64,000 nt of DNA from Octopus vulgaris (lineage: Eukaryota). Under the pieces are notes generated by a model. That model saw only the letters and a list, made by a program, of their open reading frames with translations. It had not been told where the DNA came from and made no database searches. The position numbers and the translations under genes are program-made. The stretch lies in NCBI GenBank assembly GCA_951406725.2, contig OX597836.1:22630001-22694000 (forward strand), written 5' to 3'. Positions 13,489-26,973 of the stretch are shown here, piece by piece. Each line of letters opens with the position of its first letter. The first letter of the stretch is position 1.

Positions 13489-13638
13489 AATTACCATTAC
13501 TTTTGCAGCTGCTGCTGCTACCACTACTTTTACTACTAAAACTACTACTTTTACTACTACTACTATTAACTAATACTACCACCACCTCCACTACTCCTAC
13601 TACCATCACCACTGCTACTATTACTACTGCTACTGCTG

Positions 13639-13680
<42 letters not shown>

Positions 13681-14020
13681 TTACTAAAACTACTATTACC
13701 ACTACTTTTGTAGCAACTACTGCTGCTACCACTACTATTACTACTACAACTACTACAACTTTTACTACTACTACTGCTACTACTACTACAAAACTGATAG
13801 CGTTGCAGCTTTGAGATCAATAAGATTTCTTATCAGACAGATCATTACAGCTTAGAGAACAATGGAATTTCTCGTGTGTTCTAACAATGAAGATGATGAT
13901 GCTGGTGATGATTGTGATGTTGATGACAATGATGATGATGATGATGATTGTGATGGCAATATTGATAATGTTGATGATGAAGGCAGCAGCGGTGGTGGCG
14001 GTGGTGGTGGTGGTGGTGAT
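12600..14020. repeat. (CAT)n/(CAC)n/(ATT)n/(ACT)n/(GAT)n trinucleotide block containing a partial SINE B (12930-13130)
   Basis: Direct inspection; explains poly-T/L/Y/S ORFs. Confidence 0.9.
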
Positions 14021-14219
14021 GTATGAATGAGCTGAGTGTGTAGTGTCTGGTAGTGGAAGTGAGTTTAAGGTTAGTTCGTTGAAATAAGAAGATGAATAAA
14101 TAAATAAATAAATGTTTTAAAATTCAAGCAAATATAAAAAAAAAAAACATACTTTATTTTTTGAAAAAAAAATTTCTTGCTCAATAGTAGTTTAAATGAT
14201 GGGTTTAGACTAGTGTTTG

Positions 14220-14361
14220 TATGTGCACTTCTATATGAAAGTGCACACACGTGTGTGTATGTGAGGGAGAGAGTGCATGTGTGTCTATGTGTGTCTATGT
14301 GTATCTGTGTGTATGTATAATGCATATAGATATACATATATATGTACATATACATACATAC

Positions 14362-14418
<57 letters not shown>

Positions 14419-14534
14419 ATATGTATATATATATGCATATATGTGTGTATACACACACACACACATACATATACATGCATGTATATATTTATATGTATAC
14501 ATATATATATTATATATATCTATATATATATATC

Positions 14535-14566
<32 letters not shown>

Positions 14567-14585
14567 TATATATATACATGCACAC

Positions 14586-14670
<85 letters not shown>

Positions 14671-14877
14671 AATGTATATATTTATATGCACACACATACA
14701 TATGTAGAGAGAAAGATAGATCAATAAATATGTACGTATTTATTTATATATTTATATGTATATATATATATGTGTGTGTGCATACACATGCATACATACA
14801 CATACATACCACATGCAAATACATACTACAAGAATACATATATATGTATATATATTAATATACATACATACATACAT

Positions 14878-14910
<33 letters not shown>
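14220..14910. repeat. Compound (TA)n/(CA)n/(GA)n microsatellite
   Basis: Direct inspection. Confidence 0.95.
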
Positions 14911-15476
14911 AACATTAGACAATTAGACTTTTGGCATCTACAACAAGAATATTATCCTAATGTAATAACTTTAACAGAAACTACCCAAATCCTCAGACAC
15001 CTTCATACCTCTTCTGCATATTAGATACATAAATGTAAAAACAGTTGATCGTATGTAAGACAAGAAAAACAAATAGGGTTATAATATATCTGCACCAAAA
15101 TAACATTGGTGTTCCATAGAGTTATTAGTCTTGGAGAAAGCATTTTGTTTCTGGCAAGAAATGCTTATATCTTGTCTGTATTGCACCCATCTTCGGTGTT
15201 CAGCAACAGAATTAATGAGTCAGCTTTTATTTCAGTAATTGAATGGTTATTACATACATTGTCATTATTGGGAAACTTTGAAGCGAAAATTAATCCCTAC
15301 CGCAATAAGAGCAAGCTTGGCTGTGTGGTTAAGAAGCTTTCTTCCTCAACCAATTGGTTCTGGTTTCAATCTCACTGTGTAGCACCTTAGGCAAGGTATG
15401 TGTCTTCTACTACATCCCTTGGCCAGCCAAAACCTTGTAAATAAATTTCTGAAACTATCAAAGATATATATATATA

Positions 15477-15700
15477 TATACAATGCTTTGACAAGGAGTG
15501 GGTTGATTGAGAAGATCACATAAGAGGACAATCTCCAAACACCCTCTCCTCACTCCCAAAAGGACCTAGAAAAAGGAAAACTATATGGTATAACCCCACT
15601 TTCAACCTAGAAATTTCCACCAATGTAGCTAGGAACTTCCTGTTGTTAATTAAGAAACACTTATCCAGAGGCTACAAGTATTACAAACTCTTCAACCACC
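15477..15700 (+). mobile_element. Penelope-like element ORF fragment (region between RT and GIY-YIG)
   Basis: Reads YNALTRSG..., then after a frameshift RKRKTIWYNPTFNLEISTNVARNFLLLIKKHL..YKYYKLFN, matching the PLE motif RKR.IIWFNPP....TN....FL..I.KHF; directly follows a (TA)n tract. Confidence 0.8.
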
Positions 15701-16435
15701 ATGACTAGTTTAACCTTGAGGGGCAGACTAACAGTACACAAGCAACAAATCCGGGATCCCATGACCAGGAAAATACCCATAAGCAAACATCTATGTTTTT
15801 ATATGAAAGGATCTAATTTTTGAATGGTTATAATTTTGATGGCATCTTATTCTTTCTGGTGGGTGTTTTTGGTCAAAAAATATATTTTGTTTTGGCATTA
15901 GTGAAAAAAAAAAAAAGTACTAGAGTCAATTAGTTCAAATGAAAATTCTTCAAGGCAGTGCCCCAGCATGGTCGCAATCTAATGATTGAAAATGGCTGAG
16001 CTATAAGCAGTGCCACTGTTGGTCATTTCCCTGTCAGTAACCCATTGCATTTATTCTTTGGAAGACACAAGAGAGCCCTTATTAACAAAAAAAAAATTAT
16101 AGATAAACTAGTGTCAGCAACAGGAAGAGCATCCAGGGTGGGCATAAAATATGTAAAATAATACCTCAATAAAGTGTTCCTCTAACCCATGCAAACATGG
16201 ATAAACAGACATAAGAAAAGCAAATATATAAAACAGACACAAGAAAAGCAAACATATAAATATGAAAACTTCAGATTAACCAATTATTGTGCCCCTTGGG
16301 TATTAAATTACTCACGAAGGAACAGAAACTATTAGAGCTAATAGAGGAAGGGTGCATTAATTTTAATGGGTATTCATAGACAATTCCTAGACACAACTTG
16401 AATATATTATTGGTTTAGCAGAGAACTCAAAGAGA

Positions 16436-16436
<1 letters not shown>

Positions 16437-16525
<89 letters not shown>

Positions 16526-16528
16526 TAT

Positions 16529-16568
<40 letters not shown>

Positions 16569-16638
16569 CATACATATATATATCATATATATATACATAT
16601 ATATATATATCATATATATATATATACATATATCATAT

Positions 16639-16685
<47 letters not shown>

Positions 16686-16710
16686 ATATAAATGAGATTA
16701 AATATATATA
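16437..16710. repeat. (TA)n microsatellite
   Basis: Direct inspection. Confidence 0.95.
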
Positions 16711-17091
16711 TATTGTTATTTCTGGGCATATACATATTAATGTAAACACAGTTAATATCATAGAACACAAGCAAAACTAGTCAGGTTTTATATTTACTGA
16801 AATAAATATGCATAGTCTATATCTGTCTAAGTACACAATACAAATAAACAACAAAATATTTTACTTAGGTTAGTTCATTATTCTGAAGTCTCTCTCTTTC
16901 TCTCCTTCTCTCTCTCTCTCTCTCTCTCTTTCTTCTCTCCTTCTCTCTCTCTCTCTCTTCTCCGCTCTCTCCACACACACACACATACTGGTTCTCAATA
17001 CAAACATTTAGGCCAGTCCCAAGACCTGTTACTTTGGATTTTGTATCAATCTAGCTGTCTGACTATCTGTCTCTGTCTTTCTCTTTCTCTC

Positions 17092-17136
<45 letters not shown>

Positions 17137-17176
17137 ATCTAGCTATCTGTCTATCTCTTTATCTACTTATGTATAC

Positions 17177-17555
17177 ATCATCATCATTTATCATTTAACG
17201 TCCGTTTTCCATGCTAGCATGGGTTGGACGATTTTGACTGAGGGCTTGCAACCAGATGGCTGCACCAGGCTCCAGTCTTGATCTGGCAGAGTTTCTACAG
17301 CTGGATGCCCTTCCTAATGCCAACAACTCCAAAAGTGTAGTGGGTGCTTTTTACGTGCCACCTGCATGGGGGCCAGTCGGCGGTACTAGCAATGACCTCG
17401 CTCGAATCATTTTACACATGCCACTGGCACAGGTGCCAGTGAAGCGACGTTGGTAACGATCATGCTCGAATGGTGCCCTTTTACGGGCCACGGGTATGGA
17501 AGCCAGTTGGCTGCTCCAGCAACGATCATGCTCGGATGGTGTTCTTAGCACCGTG
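17177..17555 (-). mobile_element. RTE-type 3' UTR fragment
   Basis: Reverse-complement match to 6971-7289. Confidence 0.8.
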
Positions 17556-17601
17556 CATCTATGTACATATATATATATATATATATGTATGTGTATATAT
17601 A

Positions 17602-18060
17602 CAGGCTGTTCAGTTGAATTTGACAGTTTGCATAAAATAAAAAAAAACAACAATATCTCATCCAAAAATAAAAGTATTTAAAAAAAAAGATATCATCTAG
17701 ATTATGTCTGGAAGATAAATTTACTCCAAGGAACTGCCATCAGCTTCAACCATGGCCTCAAGATGGCTCTGGAACCCGGCACATACACTCCTCACTATGT
17801 CTCTTAGATCTTCAAGCACCTCCTTGATCTTAGGCACTAGCTCAGCCTTGGTATTGCAGTTGGTGTCTTTCTCCACCATATTCCACACATAGTAATCGGT
17901 GGGATTATTATGATCAGGGGAATTACAAGACCAGAAATTGAGGCTGGTGAGGTCGTAGAAATTCTCTGACAACCACTTCTGACTCTTTCTGGAAGCATGG
18001 CAATGAGTCAAGTCTTGCTGTCATGAATATGACCATCCAGCAGCAACTCTCTCCAGCCAG
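17602..18060 (-). mobile_element. maT/DD37D-like transposon 3' fragment
   Basis: ORF 17721-18011: HAS..SQKWLSENF..FW..NSPDHNNPTDYYVW..LEAMVEADG; TA-CAGGCTG terminus at 17600. Confidence 0.8.
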
Positions 18061-18319
18061 GAATTGGTCAGTCTCGCCCCTGTAACTTAGCAGTTCAGCA
18101 AAAGAAACCAATATAATAAGTACTAGGACCGATTTGCTCGACTAAAGGCGGTACTCCAGCATGGCCACAGTCAAATGACTGAAACAAGTAAAAGAATATA
18201 TATATATGCCATGGCAACTTTGTGAAATTAGTATGGTCCTTTCATGATGATATGCAAGTTTTTGTAAATGTAGGCAGGATTATAACAGAACCCTTTAAGG
18301 TTAAAAACAGTATAATTCA

Positions 18320-18592
18320 CCTTTGGATTACCATTTATAACAATCCCAACATGATTCTCTCAATGGAAAGAACTTCAATTCTTTGGAAGACTATAAAAAC
18401 TACTCAGACCAGTTCATGATTCAGAAATGTACCAAGTTCTTGGAAGATAGAATCATGAAGCTACCTTAAAGTTGGCAAAAGGTAGTGGAACAAAATGGGA
18501 CATTTGTGGTTGAATAAAGGTTTGTACAGATATCTAAATTTTGTTTTAGAATTTTACTTTATAAACGGTTTGGATTTTGTTTCAACCCAATA
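18320..18592 (+). mobile_element. mariner 3' fragment
   Basis: SLNGKNFNSLED...I.KLP*SWQKVVEQNG and terminal TTTTGTTTCAACCCAATA. Confidence 0.75.
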
Positions 18593-18915
18593 TATGTATT
18601 ATCACCATCATCATCATTTGATATCCATCATCCACGCTTGCATAGATTGGATGGTTTGAGCAGATCTGGCAAACCACAGGACTGTGCCAGGCTCCACTGT
18701 CTATTTTGGCTTCTATATATGCATGTGTGTGTGCGTGTGTTTGCGTGTGTGCACATGTGCATATATGCACGTTTATGTACCTATACCTATATATATATAT
18801 GTGTGTGTGTGTATCTTTCATACATTATCAAAAAACATGTTTCAAAAGATAATCGAAAGTGTTTACATACACTAGAAAGAATTTATAACCAACACTAGCT
18901 CCCCTGAGGGTAATA

Positions 18916-19167
18916 TTCTCTGGGAACACTCAAAAGCCCTTCTCAGAATTATTTACTTTGAATTGTTATCTCATATCAGATTAGCCTGTTATTACATAAC
19001 ATGCTTCATGATTTTAGAATACATACCTTATTAGTATTTCCTCCTATGTTCTCTGGGAACACATTAAAGCCCTTTTCAGGGCTACTTTATTTGAATTCTT
19101 ACTATCTAGTAACTAATTTCGTGTTATTACATAACAGACTTCACGATTTGGGGATTCATAACTTATA
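18916..19167. repeat. Diverged tandem duplication, 133 bp period, 2 copies
   Basis: TTCTCTGGGAACAC at 18916 and 19049; GTTATTACATAACA in both copies. Confidence 0.8.
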
Positions 19168-19174
19168 TGTGCGC

Positions 19175-19585
19175 AACATGGTGATTTCATATCAAGATAA
19201 CAGCACATGACCTTGCAGGTGGGGCCCAGTTAGAATTTTCTTCTGGTCAAGTAACCCATCCAGCTCAAAAGGTCCCTGAATAAGGTTTCTTTGATGATGA
19301 ATGAAACACCCATGTTTCCAAAGGTGAATTATTCAAACCCCAAAGAATCCCTCTCAACACATGGCTATGATGCTCCCCCACTACTTCTGCTCGTGATCAG
19401 AGATGCACATATCATCAGCCACTAAGGGACATGTTCAACTGGTTAAGGTCAAACAACTGACAAGCAAATCTGTGGTATTGAGCAGAATATGTGCTGTAGT
19501 CCATCTTTTATGCCAAGACAAAACAATGTACATGATGACACTTCCAATCAGTTAAGATCAGAAGCCATGAGAGCCACTACCTAGT
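19175..19585. mobile_element. Interspersed repeat family F (non-LTR-derived, unclassified)
   Basis: AAACCCCAAAGAATCCCTCTCAACACATGG...CAGCCACTAAGGGACATG recurs at 51428-51590. Confidence 0.65.
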
Positions 19586-19600
19586 ACTGCTATTATTATT

Positions 19601-19635
<35 letters not shown>

Positions 19636-19639
19636 TAAA

Positions 19640-19693
<54 letters not shown>

Positions 19694-20114
19694 ATTATGT
19701 TTTTTCCTTCTTTCTTCAAATTTTCTTCCGTTTCTCGCCGAGTGTTTTCCATACACCTCAGGCATATTATTAATATTATTATTATTACTACTATTATTAT
19801 TATTCAGGTCACTGCCTAGAATTGAACTCGGAATTTTGGGGTTAGTAGCCTGCGCTCTAAACCACTACACTGTATGCAAGTCCTGGTTAATGTTGTAGGC
19901 AAGAATCACGCGTCTTATATATCTTCTGTCTTGATAGATATTTGGTAAATTGAAGAGTCTTGATGGTGCAGAGGTGCAACTGAGTTAGCGGTGGCAGAGG
20001 AAGACGAAGGTGGGGGGGTTTGTTGATGATAAATTCTGACATGGTTCCAAATGTTAATAGTGAGAAGGAACGGTGTAGGATGGAGGAAAGATAACTGTGC
20101 CAGCTATAGAAGGG

Positions 20115-21009
20115 AGGTGTGTGTGTGCACGTGCGTGTGTGTGTGTGTGTGTGTGTGTGTTTGCATGTGTATGTGCGTGTGTAGTGGTTCTAGGAGAGTA
20201 TGTGCGTGTGTGTGTGTGTGCATGTGTAGCTGCACAATGTGTCTTGAGTGTGTGTTTGTGTGTGTGAGTGTGTGTATGTAGTGGTTCTAGGAGAGTGTGT
20301 GTGTGTGTGCATATGTAGCTGAACAATGTGTGTTGAGTGTGTGTGTGTATGTGTGAGTGTGTGTGTGTGTGAGTGTGTGTATGTGTGAGTGTGTGTGTGT
20401 GAGTGTGTGTGTGTGAGTGTGTGTAGTGGTTCTAGGAGAGTGTGTGTGTGTATGTGTGAAGTGTGTGTGTATGTCAAGTGTGTGTGTGTGCATGTATAGC
20501 TGAACAATGTGTGTTGAGTGTGTGTGTGTGTGTGTATGTGTGTGTGTGTGAGTATGTGTGTAGTGGTTCTAGGAGTGTGTGTGTCAAGTGTGTATACATG
20601 TTGTGTGTGTCAGGTGTGTTTGTGTATGTGTGTGGTGGCTATATAGCGTGTGTGTGGTGGTTCTAGGAGAGTATGTATATGTGTGTGTATGTGTGTGTGC
20701 ATATGTATGTGTGTGTGTATGTGTGCATGTATGTGCACATACATGTACCATTGTATGTCCTGGTGGTTCTAGGAGACTGTATATGTGTTTGTGTGTGTGT
20801 GTGTTGTATGCATGTTCATGTATAAGGGAGAGTATGCAAGGTGTGTTTGTGATGTGGCTGTGTAGTGTGTGTGTATGTGATTGTTCTGGAAGAGTGCATA
20901 GATGGTGTGTGTGTGTGTATGTGTAGACTGCATGTGAGGAAGAAGTGGTTCTGGAAGTGAGTGGGGAGTGTGACAGTGTATGTGTGTTTTTGCGCGCGCA
21001 TGCACATGT

Positions 21010-21077
<68 letters not shown>

Positions 21078-21080
21078 TGA
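20115..21080. repeat. (TG)n-based minisatellite with recurring GTGGTTCTAGGAG and TAGCTGAACAATG motifs
   Basis: Motif at about 20184, 20281, 20426, 20563, 20657 and 20763, with decayed copies at about 20883 and 20945. Confidence 0.85.
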
Positions 21081-21693
21081 ATATGAACTGTCTGAAAGTT
21101 AAGAGATGGAGGAGATTGCATGAAAGAGAAAGGAGAGTTGATGATGAAAAGAGAGATAAGGAAAAGAGAGTAAGGGAGAGAGTGAGAGAGAAAGAGAGAG
21201 ACAGAGACAGAGCGAGACAGACAGACAGACAGACAGGTGGTATTATGAAAAGGGTTGGTGTGTAGAGGGGAGGGGAAGAAAGGAAAGTGATAGAGATAGA
21301 GAGAAAGCATATGGATAGAGAGAAAGGAAGAGAAGGCAAGAAGTGGAGATCTGAAGACAAAGATAGAAAAAGAAAGGGGGAATGAGATATAGAGAGGGTG
21401 AGGGAGAGAGGGTGAAGGAGAGAGGGTGAGGAAGAGACGGTTAGAGAGAGGGTGAGAGAGAGAGAGAGAGAACGCATAAAGACAGTGGGAGGAAGGGAAG
21501 GCAAGAAGTGGAGTTACAAGAAGAGTTGGCAGAAGAAAGATAAAGATAACGAGAAAGGGGGAGGGAGAGACAGAGAGGGTGAGAGAAAGAGAAAGGGAGA
21601 GTTGGTATTGTAAGAATTAAGAAAAATGATTGCTTGTTTACTATCATTTATATCTTTTGCAATATACTTTGGCAGAAGATATACACAAACACA

Positions 21694-21745
<52 letters not shown>

Positions 21746-21746
<1 letters not shown>

Positions 21747-22970
21747 CAGGTCATTAAGAATGAAACGTCCGGTTTTGAACTGGAAGTTCATTTTACTTTA
21801 TCTCAATGAAAAGCAACACAGTTAATCAAAGTATGCACCTAAATTATCAACACAGTTTTACCATTTTGTTGGTAGATTATTTATGCCGACAGCAAAGAAT
21901 TCTGGAGAGCAAAAGGTGATGAAATCATGAAAGGCTGCTTTTGCATCTTCTTCAGATTTGAAGCTTTTTCCTTGCAAAAAGTTGTCTAATGAATGGAAAA
22001 CATGATAGTAAGTTTGTGCAAGGTCTGGTGAATATGGTGGATGACAGAGTACTTCCAAGTTCAGTTCCTGTAACTTGAGCAGTGTTCTTTGAACAACATG
22101 TGGTTGAGCATTGTCTTGCAAGAGAACTGGCCTGTCTCTATTGACCAATCTCAGTAGTTTAATTGCAAGTTCACTCCTCATTTCATCCAATTGGTTGATG
22201 TATACATCTGCTGTAACTGACTTACCAGGTCTCATGAAGCTGTAATGGATGACACCAGTGCTGGACTACCAAACAGACACCATTAGCTTTCTTTGGTGAA
22301 TATTTTTTTTTTTTTGGGATTATGTTTTGGCACTTTGTCTCTATCCAACCACTTGCTATTGTTGAAAAGAATCAGACATAACAATACGATACAAAAATGG
22401 TTCATTTTTATGCTATGACATCAAAGAACAGCAAATTTCAAGATTACGTGTCATTTTATGCTCATTCAGTTCTCATGGTACCCACTTGTCCAGCTTCTTT
22501 ACCTTGCTGATTTGTTTCAGATGGTCCAATATAGTTGGAATCAAAACATCAAACCTTGCTGCTAACTCATGCATTGTTTGAGATGTATCCACTTCCACTA
22601 CAGTTTCTGGTTCATAATTATCCACCTTGGTCTCAGATCTATCAGAGGACTGATTTTCAAGAGCAAAGACACCAGACCGGAACTTCTCAAACAATCAGCG
22701 TACAGTGCACTCATCTGCCACGTCTTCACCAAACACCTCATTGATGTTTCGAGCTGTCTGGGATACATTGGTTCCACAACAGAACTCATATTTATAAACA
22801 ACATGAATTTTTGATCTATCCATGGGTCCACAAAAATTGATTTACAAGAGAAAACCCACAACATAATCAGATACCATGAATTGCATTTCGAAAAGTGATG
22901 ATGTAACATTAGAGTTAACGTTTGTCAAACTTGGTGCATAAGAAAATTGGACATTTCATTCTTAATGACC
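21746..22970 (-). mobile_element. Full-length decayed mariner transposon
   Basis: TIRs GGTCATTAAGAATGAAACGTCC..TTTT / AAAA..GGACATTTCATTCTTAATGACC; KKLDKWVP, LLQDNAQPH, HPPYSPDLA motifs. Confidence 0.93.
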
Positions 22971-22991
22971 ATATATATATATATATATATG

Positions 22992-23256
22992 TACCACTTT
23001 TTCAAGCATCTTGACAACTTCCTGTGTGAGAAATGCTTAAAAAACCAAGCCGATACCAAACACACCTTCAACGACTTCATTGCCACCAGAACGCAGGATT
23101 TTTACGCTAGTGGCATAAATAAGGTTGTTTCGCGTGGGCAACAGTGTGTTGATTCTGATGGTGTTTATTTCGATTAATAAAGTTTTGTTTGAGCCAAGAT
23201 ATGTGCATCTGAAAATAAAGGTTAAAAACCACAAGAACTTTCTTAACAACCGAATA
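22992..23256 (+). mobile_element. mariner 3' fragment (different family)
   Basis: YHFFKHLDNFL...FYASGINKVVSRGQQCVDSDGVYFD* then TIR-like AACTTTCTTAACAACCGAATA. Confidence 0.85.
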
Positions 23257-23480
23257 CATTACAGCCCTTTGTTTTGTTTGGTTTTCATGGTTTGTAGCCT
23301 GGTCCATTAAAGAAACTCTTTTTATGAGTACCACTGGATTAGTTAAATCCATATAAAGCCCATTAAATATATATTATATATATATATACGCACACACACA
23401 CACACATGTACATACATATATATACACACACACACATAAATACATGCATACATACATACATACATACATACATACATACA

Positions 23481-23526
<46 letters not shown>

Positions 23527-24490
23527 CACACATATATATCTGCAACATATTTATATGTGTGTGGTGTATGTGTATTGCATATGTGTGTGGGAGGAGAGAG
23601 AGAGAGAGAGAAAGAGAGAGTGCAAAAGAGATAGAGGGTCAAGGAGTACTGTATATATATTTCCAGCAATAGAACAAGGGGTTGACTGTAAAGTCTCGTA
23701 GTTATGTTGGGTCCCAGGTTTTTAGAAGAAATATGCCATTGTTGACAACTGACTGGCATAGTGGGGTAGTGTCAGTGGGAGAGGGGATGGCGGTGTGTGT
23801 TGTTGCTGTTTTTGTTGTTTTTGTTGTTGTTGGTGGTGGTGGTGATTGCTGGGAACCATAATGTTGACTAATGCACCATTAATATATTATCCGTGCCCTC
23901 ACCATCCCATACACACACGTACACGCACACACGCACACACACACACACAAATACACACATACATACAGATGCAAGCACTGACGTATGAATTGATTGAGGA
24001 AAAATAGAAACTTTTGGCCAATCTGGGATGTTTTGGAAAAGGAATGGCAGGATCGGAAAGGTCAGGTCTGTGAGTTGAAGGTCAATATTTGAAGGGCGCA
24101 TACACACCTATATATCATCACACATACATACTCATACAAATATCATCACATACACACACACACACAGACAGAGTCATGTATCATCATATGCACAAACATA
24201 CTTATTCATACATACGCACATATTTATCATCACACATACATATACCATCACACACATACATACATATTCATACATGCACACATATGCACATACAGGTAGA
24301 CTCGTATATAGACGTACATGTACATATGGCCTGGTGATAATGGTGGTGATGATGGTGGTTGTGGTGGAGATGGTGATGATGATGATGATGGTGATGATCA
24401 TGGTATTTATAAACATATGGTCATACAATCATACACAAATATGTAGTCATTCATTCGCACATACAATATACATATGATCATATACATACA

Positions 24491-24527
<37 letters not shown>

Positions 24528-24700
24528 TCATGCATACATGCATTCATACATATATATACATACATATGTGCACACACATGCACACATACACATACATACA
24601 TGCATGCATGCATCCGTCCGTCCGTCCGTCCGTCCGTACATACATACATACATACATACATACATACATACATACATACATACATACATACATACATACA

Positions 24701-24732
<32 letters not shown>

Positions 24733-25655
24733 CTACATGGAAAAATGCGAGCAAGAGAAATAATATTCTCAAGATTATAAATCTGGAAAAGTACAGGACA
24801 AGTTATTACATCTGGTAAAGTACAAAACAAGAAAACGATTACTTAAACTATTGCGGCTAAGGATAAAATCTCAAATAAAATATTTAGGTTTAGAAAATAT
24901 TAGCTTTTATTAAAACTAAAAGTTTTATTACAAGTTATTACTTCTATTTGTTATTACTTGTTATATGCTTCTATTAAAAATAAAAAAATCAATTAAAACA
25001 TTTTTTGTACGTTAAAAAAATTCATTTTTTTAATTATTAATTAATAGTTAGAAAGTTGAAAATAGGTTGTAAAAATAATAGCAGTACTTAATAAGTTAGT
25101 ACAATAAATAGATTACAAAAATTAGTTATATATTACAGTAAAATCTACCTATAACAACAAATTCACAGTAATTTTTGCTTAAGTTATTGCCTAAGTTATT
25201 GCCAAGTCTTGACATTTTTAGTCTTGACCCAATGCCTATTTTTTACGTCATCATCATCATAATCATCATCACCACCACCACCACCACAATGACATAATGT
25301 CATACCCAATATATAATCTGCATAATAGATTTGTCATACTTGCACCCATCATCCCGATCCACCCCCATTCTGCCCCATCATCATCTTGTCTGCAATTTCT
25401 CAAATCCAACCTGACCACTCCCTACTGAATCTTTCTTTGTGCTTCTCCACTAGACCACATATCATCATCTCTCTCACACACAATTTTACACACTTTATTA
25501 TAGATATATATACACATGTACATACACCTATGATACATTTAAATACACCCATAAATGCATATATATGCTAACACAATCACACATACATGCATACACACAC
25601 ACACATATTCATATACACACTGACATACAGACACTGACACAAGGACACAAACATA

Positions 25656-25690
<35 letters not shown>

Positions 25691-25716
25691 AAAAAAGCAA
25701 CAAGAATGGATCAATT

Positions 25717-25805
25717 TTTCGGTACAATTGTTTCGTACGAAGACATCTTTAATAAGGCTACAAAAATTGCAGTAAATATAGGTGACCAGTACTCATCAGC
25801 CGAAA
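25717..25805 (-). ncRNA. Type I hammerhead ribozyme, canonical core
   Basis: Minus strand: UUUCGG-CUGAUGA-GUAC[50 nt]GUAC-GAAA-CAAUUG-UA-CCGAAA; 6 bp stem I, 4 bp stem II base, palindromic stem III, GUA cleavage triplet. Confidence 0.88.
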
Positions 25806-25822
25806 GAACATCTGAGATCCCC

Positions 25823-25859
<37 letters not shown>

Positions 25860-26973
25860 GAGATAGATAGATACATACATACATACATACATGCATACAT
25901 ACATATACTCACATATATTTCCACACACACTCAAATACACACACACTCACAAATTGGCATGCAAACATATATAATCACACACATATCTACACACACACAA
26001 ATATATATATATCGTGTGTGTGTGTGCGCGCACGTATATATAGTCACCATTCACACATATACACCCTCTAATTGTCCCATCACACATCAGACAAGTTTAA
26101 CTAAAATGACATTTCATAAATGTTTACTACATACAAATGACTTTTTAGCCAAATTTTTGTTTAAAACTTTCTTCCTCTTCTTCTTCTCTCTTTCCTCTTT
26201 CCTTTCTTCTTTTTCCTCTTCCCTCTTTACATTTTCCTCCCCAACCCCACTCCTGCTGTCATATATTTTCTTCACAACATATTTAAAAGGTTTTTGGGAC
26301 TTCCATTGTTTCAAAAACAATTTGTTTTTTTTTATGAGTCAAGGAGGAAGCCTGTACATGGTCATATCTGCTCGATCAGCTAGAAACAACAGCCAAAATA
26401 ATCTTCAAATAATACCTTATAATGTTGATGAAAAAAAACAAAAAAAAAAAACAATTCAATGGCACACTTGATAATATAATTCAAGGTAGACTATACCTGA
26501 AAAAGGAAGACAAGGTTGGTATGACTGGATTGCTTTTTGAGCAAAGATCTGCTTGATCAGGGGTGAACTGAGGTCAAACATAAAAACATTGCCTCCCACC
26601 CCTTCTTTGATAGTGTATATCAGATGTTCACAATATGGGCAGTACTACCCCCAATGGTGTGATGGCCATGTTGAAGAGAGTATTGGGTTTTAGGGGGCAG
26701 TGAGGTAACATAATTAACATATTAAATTTTACCTCTAGAAGCATAGTGAGAGATTATCAAGGAGGGTTTTTTACTGTGTAAATAAGTGCCGATCTCTAAC
26801 TGTGGAGGGAATTTGTGGAAGAGGTAGACCCAGAGACATATGGGATGAGGTGGTGAGATATGATCTTCAGATGTCGAGTCTCATAGAGGTGATGACAAGT
26901 GACCGAGACTTTTGGCAATTTGCTGTCCTTGAGAAGACAAGTCAAGCTAAACGAAATCATAGCCGTATCCAGT

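Noticed and set aside
12620-14858. Long ORFs (poly-[12 protein letters not shown]), also at 20584-21504, 25782-26471, 43385-44671 and 56828-57334
   Set aside because: Stop-free translations of microsatellites with no domain content
16300-16345. CTCACGAAGGAACAGAAACTATTAGAG as a hammerhead
   Set aside because: Core mismatched and no stem II pairing
19380-19430. CUGAUGA on the minus strand in family F, and CTGATGA at 3081, 8298 and 53969
   Set aside because: No matching GAAA or stem I-III geometry; 8298 is the Tc1 TDE codons
20115-21080. CRISPR-like alternation of conserved motif and variable spacer
   Set aside because: Spacers are (TG)n, spacing is irregular, there are no cas genes and the context is eukaryotic
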